Positions 19,741-30,150 of a stretch of 32,000 nucleotides of DNA are shown one piece after another. How positions within the stretch are numbered: the first letter of the stretch is position 1; each line of letters starts with the position of its first letter. Position numbers and translations under genes: made by a program. The notes beneath the pieces were generated by a model that was given only the letters and a program-made list of their open reading frames with translations, had not been told where the DNA came from and did not search any database. Origin of the DNA: Nitrosococcus oceani ATCC 19707 (GTDB lineage: Bacteria; Pseudomonadota; Gammaproteobacteria; Nitrosococcales; Nitrosococcaceae); NCBI RefSeq assembly GCF_000012805.1, contig NC_007484.1:2400001-2432000 (forward strand), written 5' to 3'.

Positions 19741-20376
19741 ATGAACGCCTCAACGAAAAATATGCAACTTTCCACCGCGATAGCTAATGACCCCCGCTGG
19801 GCCTCCGCTGTAGCCCGTGATCCCAAGGTGGACGGCAAATTTTATTGTAATGTGGAGATTCGCTTTGCTATTGGCAAATGCTCCCTCGGAGCAACTCTTG
19901 TAGCTCAGAGCAATCGGGGCATTTGCGCCATTTTTCTGGATGATGATCCCGAAAAACTTGTGCATGACTTGGAAGACCAGTTTCCCCGCGCTAACTTGGT
20001 TGGTGGCGGCGCCCAATTCGAACAGCTTATCGCTGAGGTGGTTAGCTTTATCGAAGCGCCAAGTATTGGCCTAAACTTGCCGCTGGATATACGCGGTACC
20101 GCATTTCAGCAACGGGTTTGGCGAGCTTTACGCGGGATTCCAGCCGGCTCGACTGCGAGTTATAGCGCTATCGCTAGGCATATTGGCGCTCCAAAGTCAG
20201 CGCGGGCCGTAGCCCGAGCCTGCGCTGTCAACACCTTGGCGGTAGCTATTCCGTGTCATAGAGTGGTCCGCAGCAACGGCAACCTGTCCGGCTACCGCTG
20301 GGGCTTGGAGCGCAAGCGTGCGCTATTGAAAAAGGAAGCAAAGGATCTTGAATTCATCCATAAATGCCAAGCATGA
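19741..20376 (+). CDS. ogt: Methylated-DNA-protein-cysteine methyltransferase (Ogt-type) with vestigial Ada N-terminal segment
   Basis: Active-site PCHRVV and RGTAFQQRVWRALRGIPAG. The N-terminal NDPRWASAVARDPKVDGKFYC matches the start of the Ada Zn-binding domain but is joined directly to the EIRFAIGKCSLG linker-domain start. Confidence 0.85.
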   Translation: MNASTKNMQLSTAIANDPRWASAVARDPKVDGKFYCNVEIRFAIGKCSLGATLVAQSNRGICAIFLDDDPEKLVHDLEDQFPRANLVGGGAQFEQLIAEVVSFIEAPSIGLNLPLDIRGTAFQQRVWRALRGIPAGSTASYSAIARHIGAPKSARAVARACAVNTLAVAIPCHRVVRSNGNLSGYRWGLERKRALLKKEAKDLEFIHKCQA

Positions 20377-20583
20377 CTAATTAGAGCGTGAGGACGTGAT
20401 GCTGTTCAAGGACAGACGTCATTCCCTAACAGCAGGCAGGTACTGAATCAATTTAACATTCCGCAAAGCGGCTTAACTGCGCTCATCACGAAAGCTAAGA
20501 AGCCGTTTAAAAAGGCTTCTCACCGTTACTGCCTTAAGCGGTGCGTACACTACGGACTTAGCCTTACTTTTGATCAGCCCTGG

Positions 20584-21525
20584 CTAGCTATGAAACGCTT
20601 GCAATTTCTTATTTTTTTCTAGCAACCCTACCGCATAGCAAGCGTTAATAAAACTCACTGCTTTCTGCTTGGCAACACCCGTATGAGAGAGAATTGAGAC
20701 TAGGGTTGCTGCCTGCTTAGTCATAAAAGCAGCTAGCCGTATTTCATCCAAATCATGTTGAAGTATGCCTAGATTAGGCCACTGTTTTAATTTAAATAAA
20801 CTCTCTTCTCTCCAGCCTGGGAGGGGCCGCCCAACGGACCCTTCAAAAGCGGCCAACCAGATTAAACCCTGTAAGGAACGGCTCTTTAGCTCGTCTTGAG
20901 CGATTTGTTGGGCCAGTAAATTTTTAGTTATTGCTTCAACCTGAATGCAAGACGACACACTGCCGCAAAGTCTTCGTAAAGTTCTCTCACTATCCGGGTA
21001 GAAATATTTCCAACCCGCAGGTTCCACATAGAGGGGAGCACTATCCTGGTACTGGAACCGTACCGGCTGTTTCTCTTCTATTGCCGACAGCAGCAAACCA
21101 AGAAAATGTTCTGCAGGCTCAAAACTCGGGCCAGCAAGCCTTTTCCATGGTTTGCTTTCTATAGCAGTAGAAGAAAAGGCTACTTCTCCCGTCTCCGTTT
21201 GTGATTTTCCCGCCACAGCCAGTAAATCGACTAAGTACCGGTACCGATAAGGTTTTTTTAAGTAATACTTGACTGCCTCGGTAGGTCCCCGGCGCGAGCA
21301 CCATACCCGTATCGATTTTCGCGCCAGACCCTGATTGGCATTCCAAGCGACTCGTCCTGCTTCAGTATCCACATCAAACAAGACGACATTCGCCTGGCCC
21401 CCTTCCATAAGCGTCCAGATATCGTGAGCCCGTGAATTAACAAGACTCAGCAAAGACTGCAGTACCATGAGATCTCTGCGCTCAAATCCCTGGACGGACA
21501 AACAATAAGAGTTACTTTTATTCAC
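20584..21525 (-). CDS. Hypothetical protein (no family recognised; possible receiver-like N-terminal fold)
   Basis: 313-aa ORF with protein-like composition and no competing ORF. Apparent GTG start with a weak RBS, so the start is uncertain (alternative ATG at 21468). Visibly more AT-rich than its neighbours. Confidence 0.55.
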   Translation of the reverse strand: MNKSNSYCLSVQGFERRDLMVLQSLLSLVNSRAHDIWTLMEGGQANVVLFDVDTEAGRVAWNANQGLARKSIRVWCSRRGPTEAVKYYLKKPYRYRYLVDLLAVAGKSQTETGEVAFSSTAIESKPWKRLAGPSFEPAEHFLGLLLSAIEEKQPVRFQYQDSAPLYVEPAGWKYFYPDSERTLRRLCGSVSSCIQVEAITKNLLAQQIAQDELKSRSLQGLIWLAAFEGSVGRPLPGWREESLFKLKQWPNLGILQHDLDEIRLAAFMTKQAATLVSILSHTGVAKQKAVSFINACYAVGLLEKNKKLQAFHS

Positions 21526-21656
21526 AAACTTCTCATGGAAATCAAGCTACTTATAGATGCTACGCGTAAGAGTCATCGACCAGTATGGCTGAAAGTTTAG
21601 GTGCCTACTGGAGTTGTTTTTCTCTTTTAAGCCACTGTAAATAAAGGCTCACTTAA

Positions 21657-23078
<1,422 letters not shown>

Positions 23079-23135
23079 TGGTTCATCGGGAAATGGCCCC
23101 GTAACCATAAGGAAAAAGTCCTTTATCTTAGCGCT

Positions 23136-23999
23136 ATGGCAAACATTATTCTCGGATTAATGCTCGGGCTGAGTCTTTACTCCCCGCTTTCCTGGAGTCA
23201 GAGTGAAGAACTCGCCATCCTCCCCCTAAAGCACCGGCTACCCGAGCAGGTGATACCCGCCTTACGCCCTTTTATGGCCAAGGGTAGCGCCCTCCAAGCC
23301 GACAATAACCTTATTATTGTCCGCACCAACAAGGAAAATCTGGAGCAGATCAAAACTATCCTGGCCCAGCTTGACAAGCCATTGCAGCAACTGTTAATTA
23401 CGATCAAGCAGTTAAGTAGCCGCGAGGCGGTACAGTTTCGCGCTGAAATAGCAACAATTAAAGAAGGAAATACCCCGGCGCCAGAACTTTCCCCTTGGCA
23501 CCGGGAGCAAGGAAATTCGGGCTTCCTGGCTAATGGCCCTGATAGGAGTATTGCTTATCTGGCGGGAACCCGGACCCGGGATCAAGGCAGTAACACCCAG
23601 CAGGTGCGAGTCATGGAAGGACAAGCTGCCTCAATACGAACGGGCCACTCCATTCCCCTAGCCAATAGGGCTTGGCTGCTCCCAGGAGGACGGCTGCTTA
23701 CTCAAAACTCAGTGTATTACCGCGATGTGGTGAGCGGATTTGAGGTGCTTCCCCACATCCATGGGGATGAAGTCACCCTGGATATTAGACCTTATCAAGC
23801 TAACCCAAGCAGACAGGGTGGGGGTCGTATCGCAATACAAAAGTTAGCAACACAAGTCTCGGTTCCATTAGGGCGGTGGCTGGAATTAGGTGGTGCTGAT
23901 GGAAACCGTCAACAGCAAGGGCTTGGAACCTTCTACGGCACTCATTCCCGCAACGAGGAATTGCGCCATATCTTTATTCGCGCAGATAAAGTGAAATAA
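23136..23999 (+). CDS. Small secretin-family outer-membrane protein (signal peptide + one secretin-N domain + minimal secretin core)
   Basis: Signal peptide MANIILGLMLGLSLYSPLSWSQ. N-domain pattern LKHRLPEQVIPALRPFM..LIIVRTNKENLEQIKTILAQLDKP. Core pattern VRVMEGQAASIRTGHSIP..YRDVVSGFEVLPHIHGDEVTLDIRP..ATQVSVPLGRWLELGG..LRHIFIRADKV. Confidence 0.7.
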   Translation: MANIILGLMLGLSLYSPLSWSQSEELAILPLKHRLPEQVIPALRPFMAKGSALQADNNLIIVRTNKENLEQIKTILAQLDKPLQQLLITIKQLSSREAVQFRAEIATIKEGNTPAPELSPWHREQGNSGFLANGPDRSIAYLAGTRTRDQGSNTQQVRVMEGQAASIRTGHSIPLANRAWLLPGGRLLTQNSVYYRDVVSGFEVLPHIHGDEVTLDIRPYQANPSRQGGGRIAIQKLATQVSVPLGRWLELGGADGNRQQQGLGTFYGTHSRNEELRHIFIRADKVK

Positions 24000-24012
24000 A
24001 CACCCGTCAGTT

Positions 24013-25230
24013 TTAATGGGTCTGTTTTTTGAGCGCCTCAATACGCAGACGGAGCGCATTAAGCTTAATAAAACCTTCCGCATCCTGCTGGTTATAAGCA
24101 CCCGCATCGTCTTCAAAGGTGGCGATCTCAGGGGCAAATAGACTGTCAGTTTCTGACCGGCGTCCTACCACTACCACATTACCCTTATATAGCTTGAGGC
24201 GTACCGTACCGTTGACCGTAACCTGAGACCCATCAATAAGCTGCTGCAATAAAGATCTCTCTGGAGACCACCAGTAACCATTATAAATAAGATTGGCATA
24301 ACGGGGCATCAGCTCATCCTTTAAATGGGTTACTTCCCGGTCCAAGGTCAGGGACTCCAGCGCCCGATGGGCTTTGAGCATGATCGTTCCCGCTGGGGTT
24401 TCATAACAACCGCGGGATTTCATCCCCACATAACGATTCTCCACCAAATCCAAACGGCCAATGCCATGTTTGCTACCTAACTGATTTAAGCTCTCCAACA
24501 CTTTAGCAGGACTTAGGACTTCACCATTAATGGCAACAATATCACCACAGCGGTAATCCAGCTCCAAATAAGCAGCCTGATCGGCAGATGCCTCTGGGGA
24601 AGTCGTCCAGCGCCACATGGATTCTTCGGGCTCAAACCAGGGATCTTCCAGAGGACCTCCTTCATAGGAAATATGCAACAGATTGGCATCCATGGAATAG
24701 GGAGAGCGGCCCCCCCGTTTGCCCTCTACCGGAATGCCATGAGTCTCCGCATAAGCCAGTAATTTCTCCCGCGAAGTCAGATCCCATTCTCGCCAGGGTG
24801 CAATAACTTGGATATCAGGCTGCAGAGCATAGACACCTAATTCAAAGCGTACCTGATCATTACCCTTACCGGTAGCACCATGGGCAACGGCATCCGCACC
24901 CGTGGCACTGGCAATCTCCGCCAAACGTTTGGCAATGAGAGGACGAGCAATAGAAGTACCCAGTAAATATTCTCCCTCATAGAGGGTATTGGCCCGAAAC
25001 ATAGGAAAAACATAATCCCGGCAGAATTCTTCGCGCAGATCCTCGATATAAATCTCCTTAACCCCTAAGGTTTCCGCTTTGGCCCGCGCCGGTGCCACCT
25101 CTTCCCCTTGGCCGATATCCGCGGTGAAAGTCACTACCTCGCAGTCATAAGTCTCCTGCAACCATTTCAAGATCACGGAGGTATCTAATCCTCCTGAATA
25201 AGCCAGCACGACTTTTTTTATTGTTGACAT
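24013..25230 (-). CDS. argG: Argininosuccinate synthase
   Basis: [17 protein letters not shown]-binding motif, 405 aa, type-I ArgG pattern throughout. Confidence 0.95.
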   Translation of the reverse strand: MSTIKKVVLAYSGGLDTSVILKWLQETYDCEVVTFTADIGQGEEVAPARAKAETLGVKEIYIEDLREEFCRDYVFPMFRANTLYEGEYLLGTSIARPLIAKRLAEIASATGADAVAHGATGKGNDQVRFELGVYALQPDIQVIAPWREWDLTSREKLLAYAETHGIPVEGKRGGRSPYSMDANLLHISYEGGPLEDPWFEPEESMWRWTTSPEASADQAAYLELDYRCGDIVAINGEVLSPAKVLESLNQLGSKHGIGRLDLVENRYVGMKSRGCYETPAGTIMLKAHRALESLTLDREVTHLKDELMPRYANLIYNGYWWSPERSLLQQLIDGSQVTVNGTVRLKLYKGNVVVVGRRSETDSLFAPEIATFEDDAGAYNQQDAEGFIKLNALRLRIEALKKQTH

Positions 25231-25287
25231 GGCCTCGTTTACTCCAAATAAAATATCTGAACTAAAAAATAAAGGAACGCTCCCTTG

Positions 25288-27996
25288 CTATCGCCGTTGG
25301 GTACGGCGCAAGCGCGAGAGTAAACGCCGTGCCATTTCTCCAAACATCTCGGTCTGGGTCGGATGGGGATGAATAGCGCGGGCGACCTGCTCCAAAGTCA
25401 TGTTCCCCGCCACCATCATGACGGCTTCCCCAATCAAGGTATCGGCGTGATCTGCCAAGAAATGGACCCCGATAATACGGTGACTATCTTTATCTGCCAC
25501 TATTTTAATGAGGCCCTCGGTTTCATTACTGATCATCGCCTTGGCATCAATGCGGATAGGCATTTTCACTTCCGCTGCATCTATTCCCCTTTCCTTGGCC
25601 TGGACCAGCGATAGGCCCACGAAAGCCGCTTGGGGACGGGTAAAAATTACCCCGCAATCCTTTTCCAACTCGTAGGCATGGGCCTCGCCTAAAATGGTAG
25701 CTGCTGCTACCCGCCCTTGCTGCGCTGCGGTATGAGCTAACATCAAACCGCCAATAACATCGCCCACTGCAAAAATATGAGGTTTGGAAGTCGTACATTG
25801 GGCGTCCACTCGAATGGCACCATTTTCCGTAGCCACACCCGCCTGGTCCAAGGCCAAGGGCTCTAGATGGGGTCGTTTCCCAGTCGCCATAATGACATGG
25901 TCCACTTCCAGCCGATGGCTAGCGCCCTCCCCATCATCAAAGCTAACTTCCATAGCTCCTGGTTGGCCGCTGATAGCCTGGACCTTGGTAGAGGTCTGCA
26001 CCGTAAGTCGTGGATCGGCATTGAGCACGCCTGCCAGCAATTTACCCACTTCTGGCTCCACCTCGGCCAGCAACCGATCCTGGGCTTCCAGTAATAGGAC
26101 TTCAGAACCAAAATCCTGGAAAATTTGTGCCATCTCCACGCCAATGGCCCCGCCGCCAATCACCGCCAAGCGTTTAGGGATCTGTTCCAGGCCCCAAACT
26201 GTGTCGGAGGTAAGCACTCCTCCTTCCCTCAAGCCTTCCTGTGCGCCAGGAATAGGCGGAATAAAAGGTGGCGCGCCGGTGGCGATCACGGCTCCGGCAA
26301 AACTTATTTTTTGGCTTGGAGAATTCGATCCAGGTTGAGTACGGCTAAAAGGATCATCACTATTGCCTGCGGTAACAACCTCAACGTGATGCTCATCGGC
26401 AAAACGGGCATGGCCCTGGATGAATTTGATTTTCATCCCCTTATCAGCTTTTAGCGCCATCTCGCCCCGAGATTGGAGCAGTTGGCGGCGAGTAGCCTCC
26501 AGCGTTTTCCAACTAAGCGCTGTGGGGGCCGTACCTTCCACTCCTAGCCGGGCATCATGGACTCGGTCCCGGATGCGATCAGCTGCTGCGCGCCAAGTTT
26601 TGGAAGGAATGCAGCCCCGCCACAAACACTCACCTCCCGGCAAAGGAGAATCATTAATAAGAGCAACTTTAAGACCGTGTTCCACCAATTCCCGAGCGCA
26701 ATCCTCTCCTCCAGGGCCTGCGCCAATCACTACCACATCATAATCCCAGTCTCCCTCCAAGGGCAGGGGAGCTTTTGGCGATTTCTTGGGGGTTGGCACG
26801 GTACCGTCACCGCCACTACCGCTGATCCAGGTTTCCGGGTGCTCTACTCGCTCCTTGAAGGTATTCAGAAAACGGGCAGCATCGGCACCGTTGACAATTC
26901 GATGATCCGCAGTGATGGTTACGGGCATTCCCTGAGGGCCGGTGGTCGCAATCGCTAAAATGGCGGAGGTTCCCGGCGAGGGGATGGCATCAAAATAAGC
27001 CACCCCTAACATTCCCATATTGGAAATCACAAAGGTCGGATTGGAATACTCTTCCGGTTTTAACCGTTTAATCCGTGCCCGTTCCACCAGATCGATCCAA
27101 GCAGCGCTCAGATCGGCGATATCACGATGAGATGTATCCCGCAGTACCGGCACCACCAGGCCCATGCCTTCCGTTGCCACCGCCAACCCCACATCGATCT
27201 GCTCCCGCTCCAGAATTCGATCCTCATGCTGGTAAACGCTATTGATCTTAGGGTGTTCTTCAATGGCTAAAGCCGTTGCCTTAGCCAAAGCAACGGTCAC
27301 CGAGCTCCCCTGTTTTTTAGCTGCCGCTACGAGTCGGGAGGGATCCACGTGAACCGTCGCTCGAAACAGGGGCATGGAAAGGGAGTACTCCATATTATGG
27401 GCAATCGCCTTTTCCATACTGTCCATGGGCCGGCCCGCACCTGGAAGCTTAAAGATACGCCGGGTCATCCCCTTGGCGCCCTCCCCACTCACCACATCAG
27501 CCGCCACGATAACATCCGCCGAACCACTGCCCTTAACTCCTGCCAGGTCAATGCCATGGGCACCAGCAAGCTGCCTCGCATAGGGAGTAGCACGGGTATG
27601 ACTTGGATGGGGCGCAGGAGTTGCACCTTCCGGCATAGCCGGAATCCTGGTTTTGGGTTTAGAAGCGCCGGCAGGCTCAAACTTGGGCGGCTCATCAACC
27701 TCGGGCGCTGGCTTAGGGCTGGAATCAGCCTCGGTGGATACAACTTGTTCCGCCTCCGCTACTAAATAAGCGATAGGCTCACCGACAGCAACGACTCCAT
27801 CCACGGGTAACTGAGGCCCAGAAAGATAACCCTCGCGGAATACTTCCACATCCATGATGGCTTTATCCGTTTCCACCGTTGCTACCACCGTACCACGCTC
27901 GATAAATTCGCCAATCTCTTTTTCCCAAGAAACCAGTACGCCCTCGGTCATGGTATCCGAGAGCTGAGGCATCTTAATGACGTAGGACTCAGTCAT
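25288..27996 (-). CDS. Fused dihydrolipoamide acyltransferase (E2: lipoyl + E3/E1-binding + catalytic domains) and dihydrolipoamide dehydrogenase (E3)
   Basis: One uninterrupted ORF. It contains a lipoyl motif VETDKA, a PSBD-like ATPYARQLAGAHGIDLAGVKGSG and the E2 catalytic motif TADHRIVNG. A Pro/Lys/Gly linker (26749-26829) follows. The E3 part has the FAD-fold VVVIGAGPGGE, the redox disulfide GGECLWRGCIPSK, the NAD fold AVIGGGAIGVE and C-terminal HPHPTQTE. I prefer the ATG at 27996 (MTESYVIKMP) over the TTG at 28005. Confidence 0.85.
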   Translation of the reverse strand: MTESYVIKMPQLSDTMTEGVLVSWEKEIGEFIERGTVVATVETDKAIMDVEVFREGYLSGPQLPVDGVVAVGEPIAYLVAEAEQVVSTEADSSPKPAPEVDEPPKFEPAGASKPKTRIPAMPEGATPAPHPSHTRATPYARQLAGAHGIDLAGVKGSGSADVIVAADVVSGEGAKGMTRRIFKLPGAGRPMDSMEKAIAHNMEYSLSMPLFRATVHVDPSRLVAAAKKQGSSVTVALAKATALAIEEHPKINSVYQHEDRILEREQIDVGLAVATEGMGLVVPVLRDTSHRDIADLSAAWIDLVERARIKRLKPEEYSNPTFVISNMGMLGVAYFDAIPSPGTSAILAIATTGPQGMPVTITADHRIVNGADAARFLNTFKERVEHPETWISGSGGDGTVPTPKKSPKAPLPLEGDWDYDVVVIGAGPGGEDCARELVEHGLKVALINDSPLPGGECLWRGCIPSKTWRAAADRIRDRVHDARLGVEGTAPTALSWKTLEATRRQLLQSRGEMALKADKGMKIKFIQGHARFADEHHVEVVTAGNSDDPFSRTQPGSNSPSQKISFAGAVIATGAPPFIPPIPGAQEGLREGGVLTSDTVWGLEQIPKRLAVIGGGAIGVEMAQIFQDFGSEVLLLEAQDRLLAEVEPEVGKLLAGVLNADPRLTVQTSTKVQAISGQPGAMEVSFDDGEGASHRLEVDHVIMATGKRPHLEPLALDQAGVATENGAIRVDAQCTTSKPHIFAVGDVIGGLMLAHTAAQQGRVAAATILGEAHAYELEKDCGVIFTRPQAAFVGLSLVQAKERGIDAAEVKMPIRIDAKAMISNETEGLIKIVADKDSHRIIGVHFLADHADTLIGEAVMMVAGNMTLEQVARAIHPHPTQTEMFGEMARRLLSRLRRTQRR

Positions 27997-28028
27997 AAAA
28001 TCCAAACCTAATTCTAATTATTCTGCCG

Positions 28029-29009
28029 CTAAACTTTTCCCAATACCTTAAGGGCACTCTGGTAGACATCCTTAGCATCAGGAATCGCAGCCTTCTCCAG
28101 GCTATAGTTGTAAGGCACCGGAACATCCGCTGCATGAACCCGTACTGGCTGGGCATCTAAAGCGAAGAAGCAATCCTCGATGATTCCAGCGATCACCTCA
28201 CTGCCAACACCCACCGGCGCCTCATCTTCTTCGGCCACCAGAACCCGGTGGGTTTTTTCTATGGAGCGGCGAATGGTTTCCCGGTCGATGGGTTTAAGGG
28301 AGCGTAAATCAATAACCTCGGCATGAATGCCTTCCTGGGCCAATTTATCCGCCGCGGTTAAACACCAATGCACGCTATAGTTATAGCCTATAAGGGTAAT
28401 ATCCGTTCCCTCACGAACGACCCCGGCACCTTCCAAAGGCCGAAAAGTCTCCTCATCGGGCACTTCCCCTTTGAGGTTATACATACTTTCGTGCTCAAGA
28501 AAGATCACTGGATCGTTACAACGCACCGCAGATTTAAGCATGCCGTAGGCATCCAAGGGGGTACTCGGCGTGACAACCCGCAGACCCGGCGTTCCCATAA
28601 AGAGCCTTGATAACCGTGCCGAATGTTGAGCGGCAAGCTGGTGGGCCGTTCCCCCTGGAGTTCGCATTACGATAGGACACTGAGCGCGGCCACCCGACAT
28701 ATAACGGATCTTAGCAGCCGCATTGATGAGAGTATCCAGAGCCAGCAAGGCAAAATTAATGGACATGATTTCGATGATAGGCCGCATTCCGGCCATCGAG
28801 GCCCCAATTCCGATACCGGTATAGGAATTCTCGGAAATAGGGGTATCAATAATTCGCTCCTCCCCATATTTGCCGTAGAGGCCCAGGGTAACTTTATAGG
28901 TACCGCCCGCCACCCCAATATCCTCGCCCATGGCAATAACCAGGGGATCATGGGCCAGTTCTTCATCGTGGGCACGGCGCAGTGCCTCCCAGTAAGCCAG
29001 TTCAGCCAT
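28029..29009 (-). CDS. pdhB: Pyruvate (2-oxoacid) dehydrogenase E1 component beta subunit
   Basis: Transketolase-like pyrimidine-binding and C-terminal domain pattern (IIDTPISENSYTGIGIGASMAGMRPI). The start is moved to the ATG at 29009, which has AGGAGG 5 nt upstream and sits 1 nt after the E1alpha TAA. Confidence 0.9.
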   Translation of the reverse strand: MAELAYWEALRRAHDEELAHDPLVIAMGEDIGVAGGTYKVTLGLYGKYGEERIIDTPISENSYTGIGIGASMAGMRPIIEIMSINFALLALDTLINAAAKIRYMSGGRAQCPIVMRTPGGTAHQLAAQHSARLSRLFMGTPGLRVVTPSTPLDAYGMLKSAVRCNDPVIFLEHESMYNLKGEVPDEETFRPLEGAGVVREGTDITLIGYNYSVHWCLTAADKLAQEGIHAEVIDLRSLKPIDRETIRRSIEKTHRVLVAEEDEAPVGVGSEVIAGIIEDCFFALDAQPVRVHAADVPVPYNYSLEKAAIPDAKDVYQSALKVLGKV

Positions 29010-29010
29010 G

Positions 29011-30030
29011 TTATCCTCCTTGCCCCTGTAACGGCCCAATCCAGCGAGGATCGGGATTATCCTCCAGGACATACTTCGCCAGATCGGCTACTTTTGGCTC
29101 TGGACTCTCTTCCGCAAATTGGATGATATCATTGTCGATCTCACTCTGAACCGCCTGTTCCATGGCTTTGAATTCCTCCTCTGTTAATTCGCCCGCTTCG
29201 ATTAGGCGCTTGGCTAGAATCTGAATGGGATCCCGCTGCATCCACTCCGCCACCTCTTCCTTGCTGCGGTAGGCTCCCGCATCCGACATGGAATGGCCCC
29301 GGTAACGATAAGTCAGAAATTCCAGGAAATAAGGTCCTGCACCACTACGCACATGGGCTATGGCAGATTGGGCTGCCTCCATAACCACCTCGATATCCTG
29401 ACCAGGATGCTGGCTAGCGGGAATATTATAAGCTTCAAGGCGCTTGTATTGGTCAATCACGGCGGTTGATCGTTGAATAACCGTACCGATGGCATAGCAG
29501 TTATTCTCGCATACAAACAATACCGGCAATTTCCATAGGGAAGCCATGTTCATGGTTTCATGGAAGGTACCCTGGTTATTCGCCCCATCCCCAAGGAAGC
29601 AGACCGCGATCCGTCCTTCTTTCTGGTGCTTGCAAGCCAAGGCTAGCCCTGCCGCCAGGGGGAAGGGCTGGCCTACTAAGGCATAGCCCCCCATAAAACG
29701 CACGCTTGGGTCAAAGATATGCATTGACCCCCCACGCCCTCTGGAACTCCCGGTCTCCTTACCATAAAGCTCTGCCATAACTTCCCGCGCTGGTGCTCCC
29801 GCTTTGATAGCATGGATATGATCCCGGTAACCTGTAATAGCATAATCGAAGCCGACCCCTCGATCCGCTTGCACCATCTCGAGTACCCCCGTTGCCACCG
29901 CTTCCTGCCCCGAATAGAGATGCAGAAAGCCACCAACTTTACGCTCCATGTATGCCTCAAACGAGCGGTCCTCAAAGCGGCGGAAGAAAACCATCTCCCG
30001 CAGTAGCCGTTTACGATCAATTTTTCTCAT
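29011..30030 (-). CDS. pdhA: Pyruvate dehydrogenase E1 component alpha subunit (TPP-dependent, heterotetrameric type)
   Basis: HLYSGQEAVATG, TPP-binding GDGANNQG and the YRYRGHSMSD motif, as in mitochondrial/alphaproteobacterial PdhA. I prefer the ATG at 30030 (GAGGGG RBS) over the TTG at 30048. Confidence 0.9.
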   Translation of the reverse strand: MRKIDRKRLLREMVFFRRFEDRSFEAYMERKVGGFLHLYSGQEAVATGVLEMVQADRGVGFDYAITGYRDHIHAIKAGAPAREVMAELYGKETGSSRGRGGSMHIFDPSVRFMGGYALVGQPFPLAAGLALACKHQKEGRIAVCFLGDGANNQGTFHETMNMASLWKLPVLFVCENNCYAIGTVIQRSTAVIDQYKRLEAYNIPASQHPGQDIEVVMEAAQSAIAHVRSGAGPYFLEFLTYRYRGHSMSDAGAYRSKEEVAEWMQRDPIQILAKRLIEAGELTEEEFKAMEQAVQSEIDNDIIQFAEESPEPKVADLAKYVLEDNPDPRWIGPLQGQGG

Positions 30031-30150
30031 GTCCCCTCTAGGTATCAATTCGTATCCTGGAAGAATTTTTATTCTAGTTAAGCGGGCGATCCGCTAACAA
30101 AGCCAAATATGATCTCTTTTTTTATATTAAGCGGTCAAGTTAAATTACCC

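Noticed and set aside
20499-20519. Hairpin gaagcc-N9-ggcttc between ogt and the hypothetical gene, as a bidirectional terminator.
   Set aside because: The stem is only 6 bp with a 9-nt loop and has no clear T-run on either strand. This is too weak to call.
29010-29072. Longer N-terminus for E1 beta (MSWRIIPILAGLGRYRGKEDN...) as given in the ORF track.
   Set aside because: The extension overlaps the end of E1 alpha. The internal ATG at 29009 has a perfect AGGAGG at the proper spacing, and homologs start near MAELAYWEAL.
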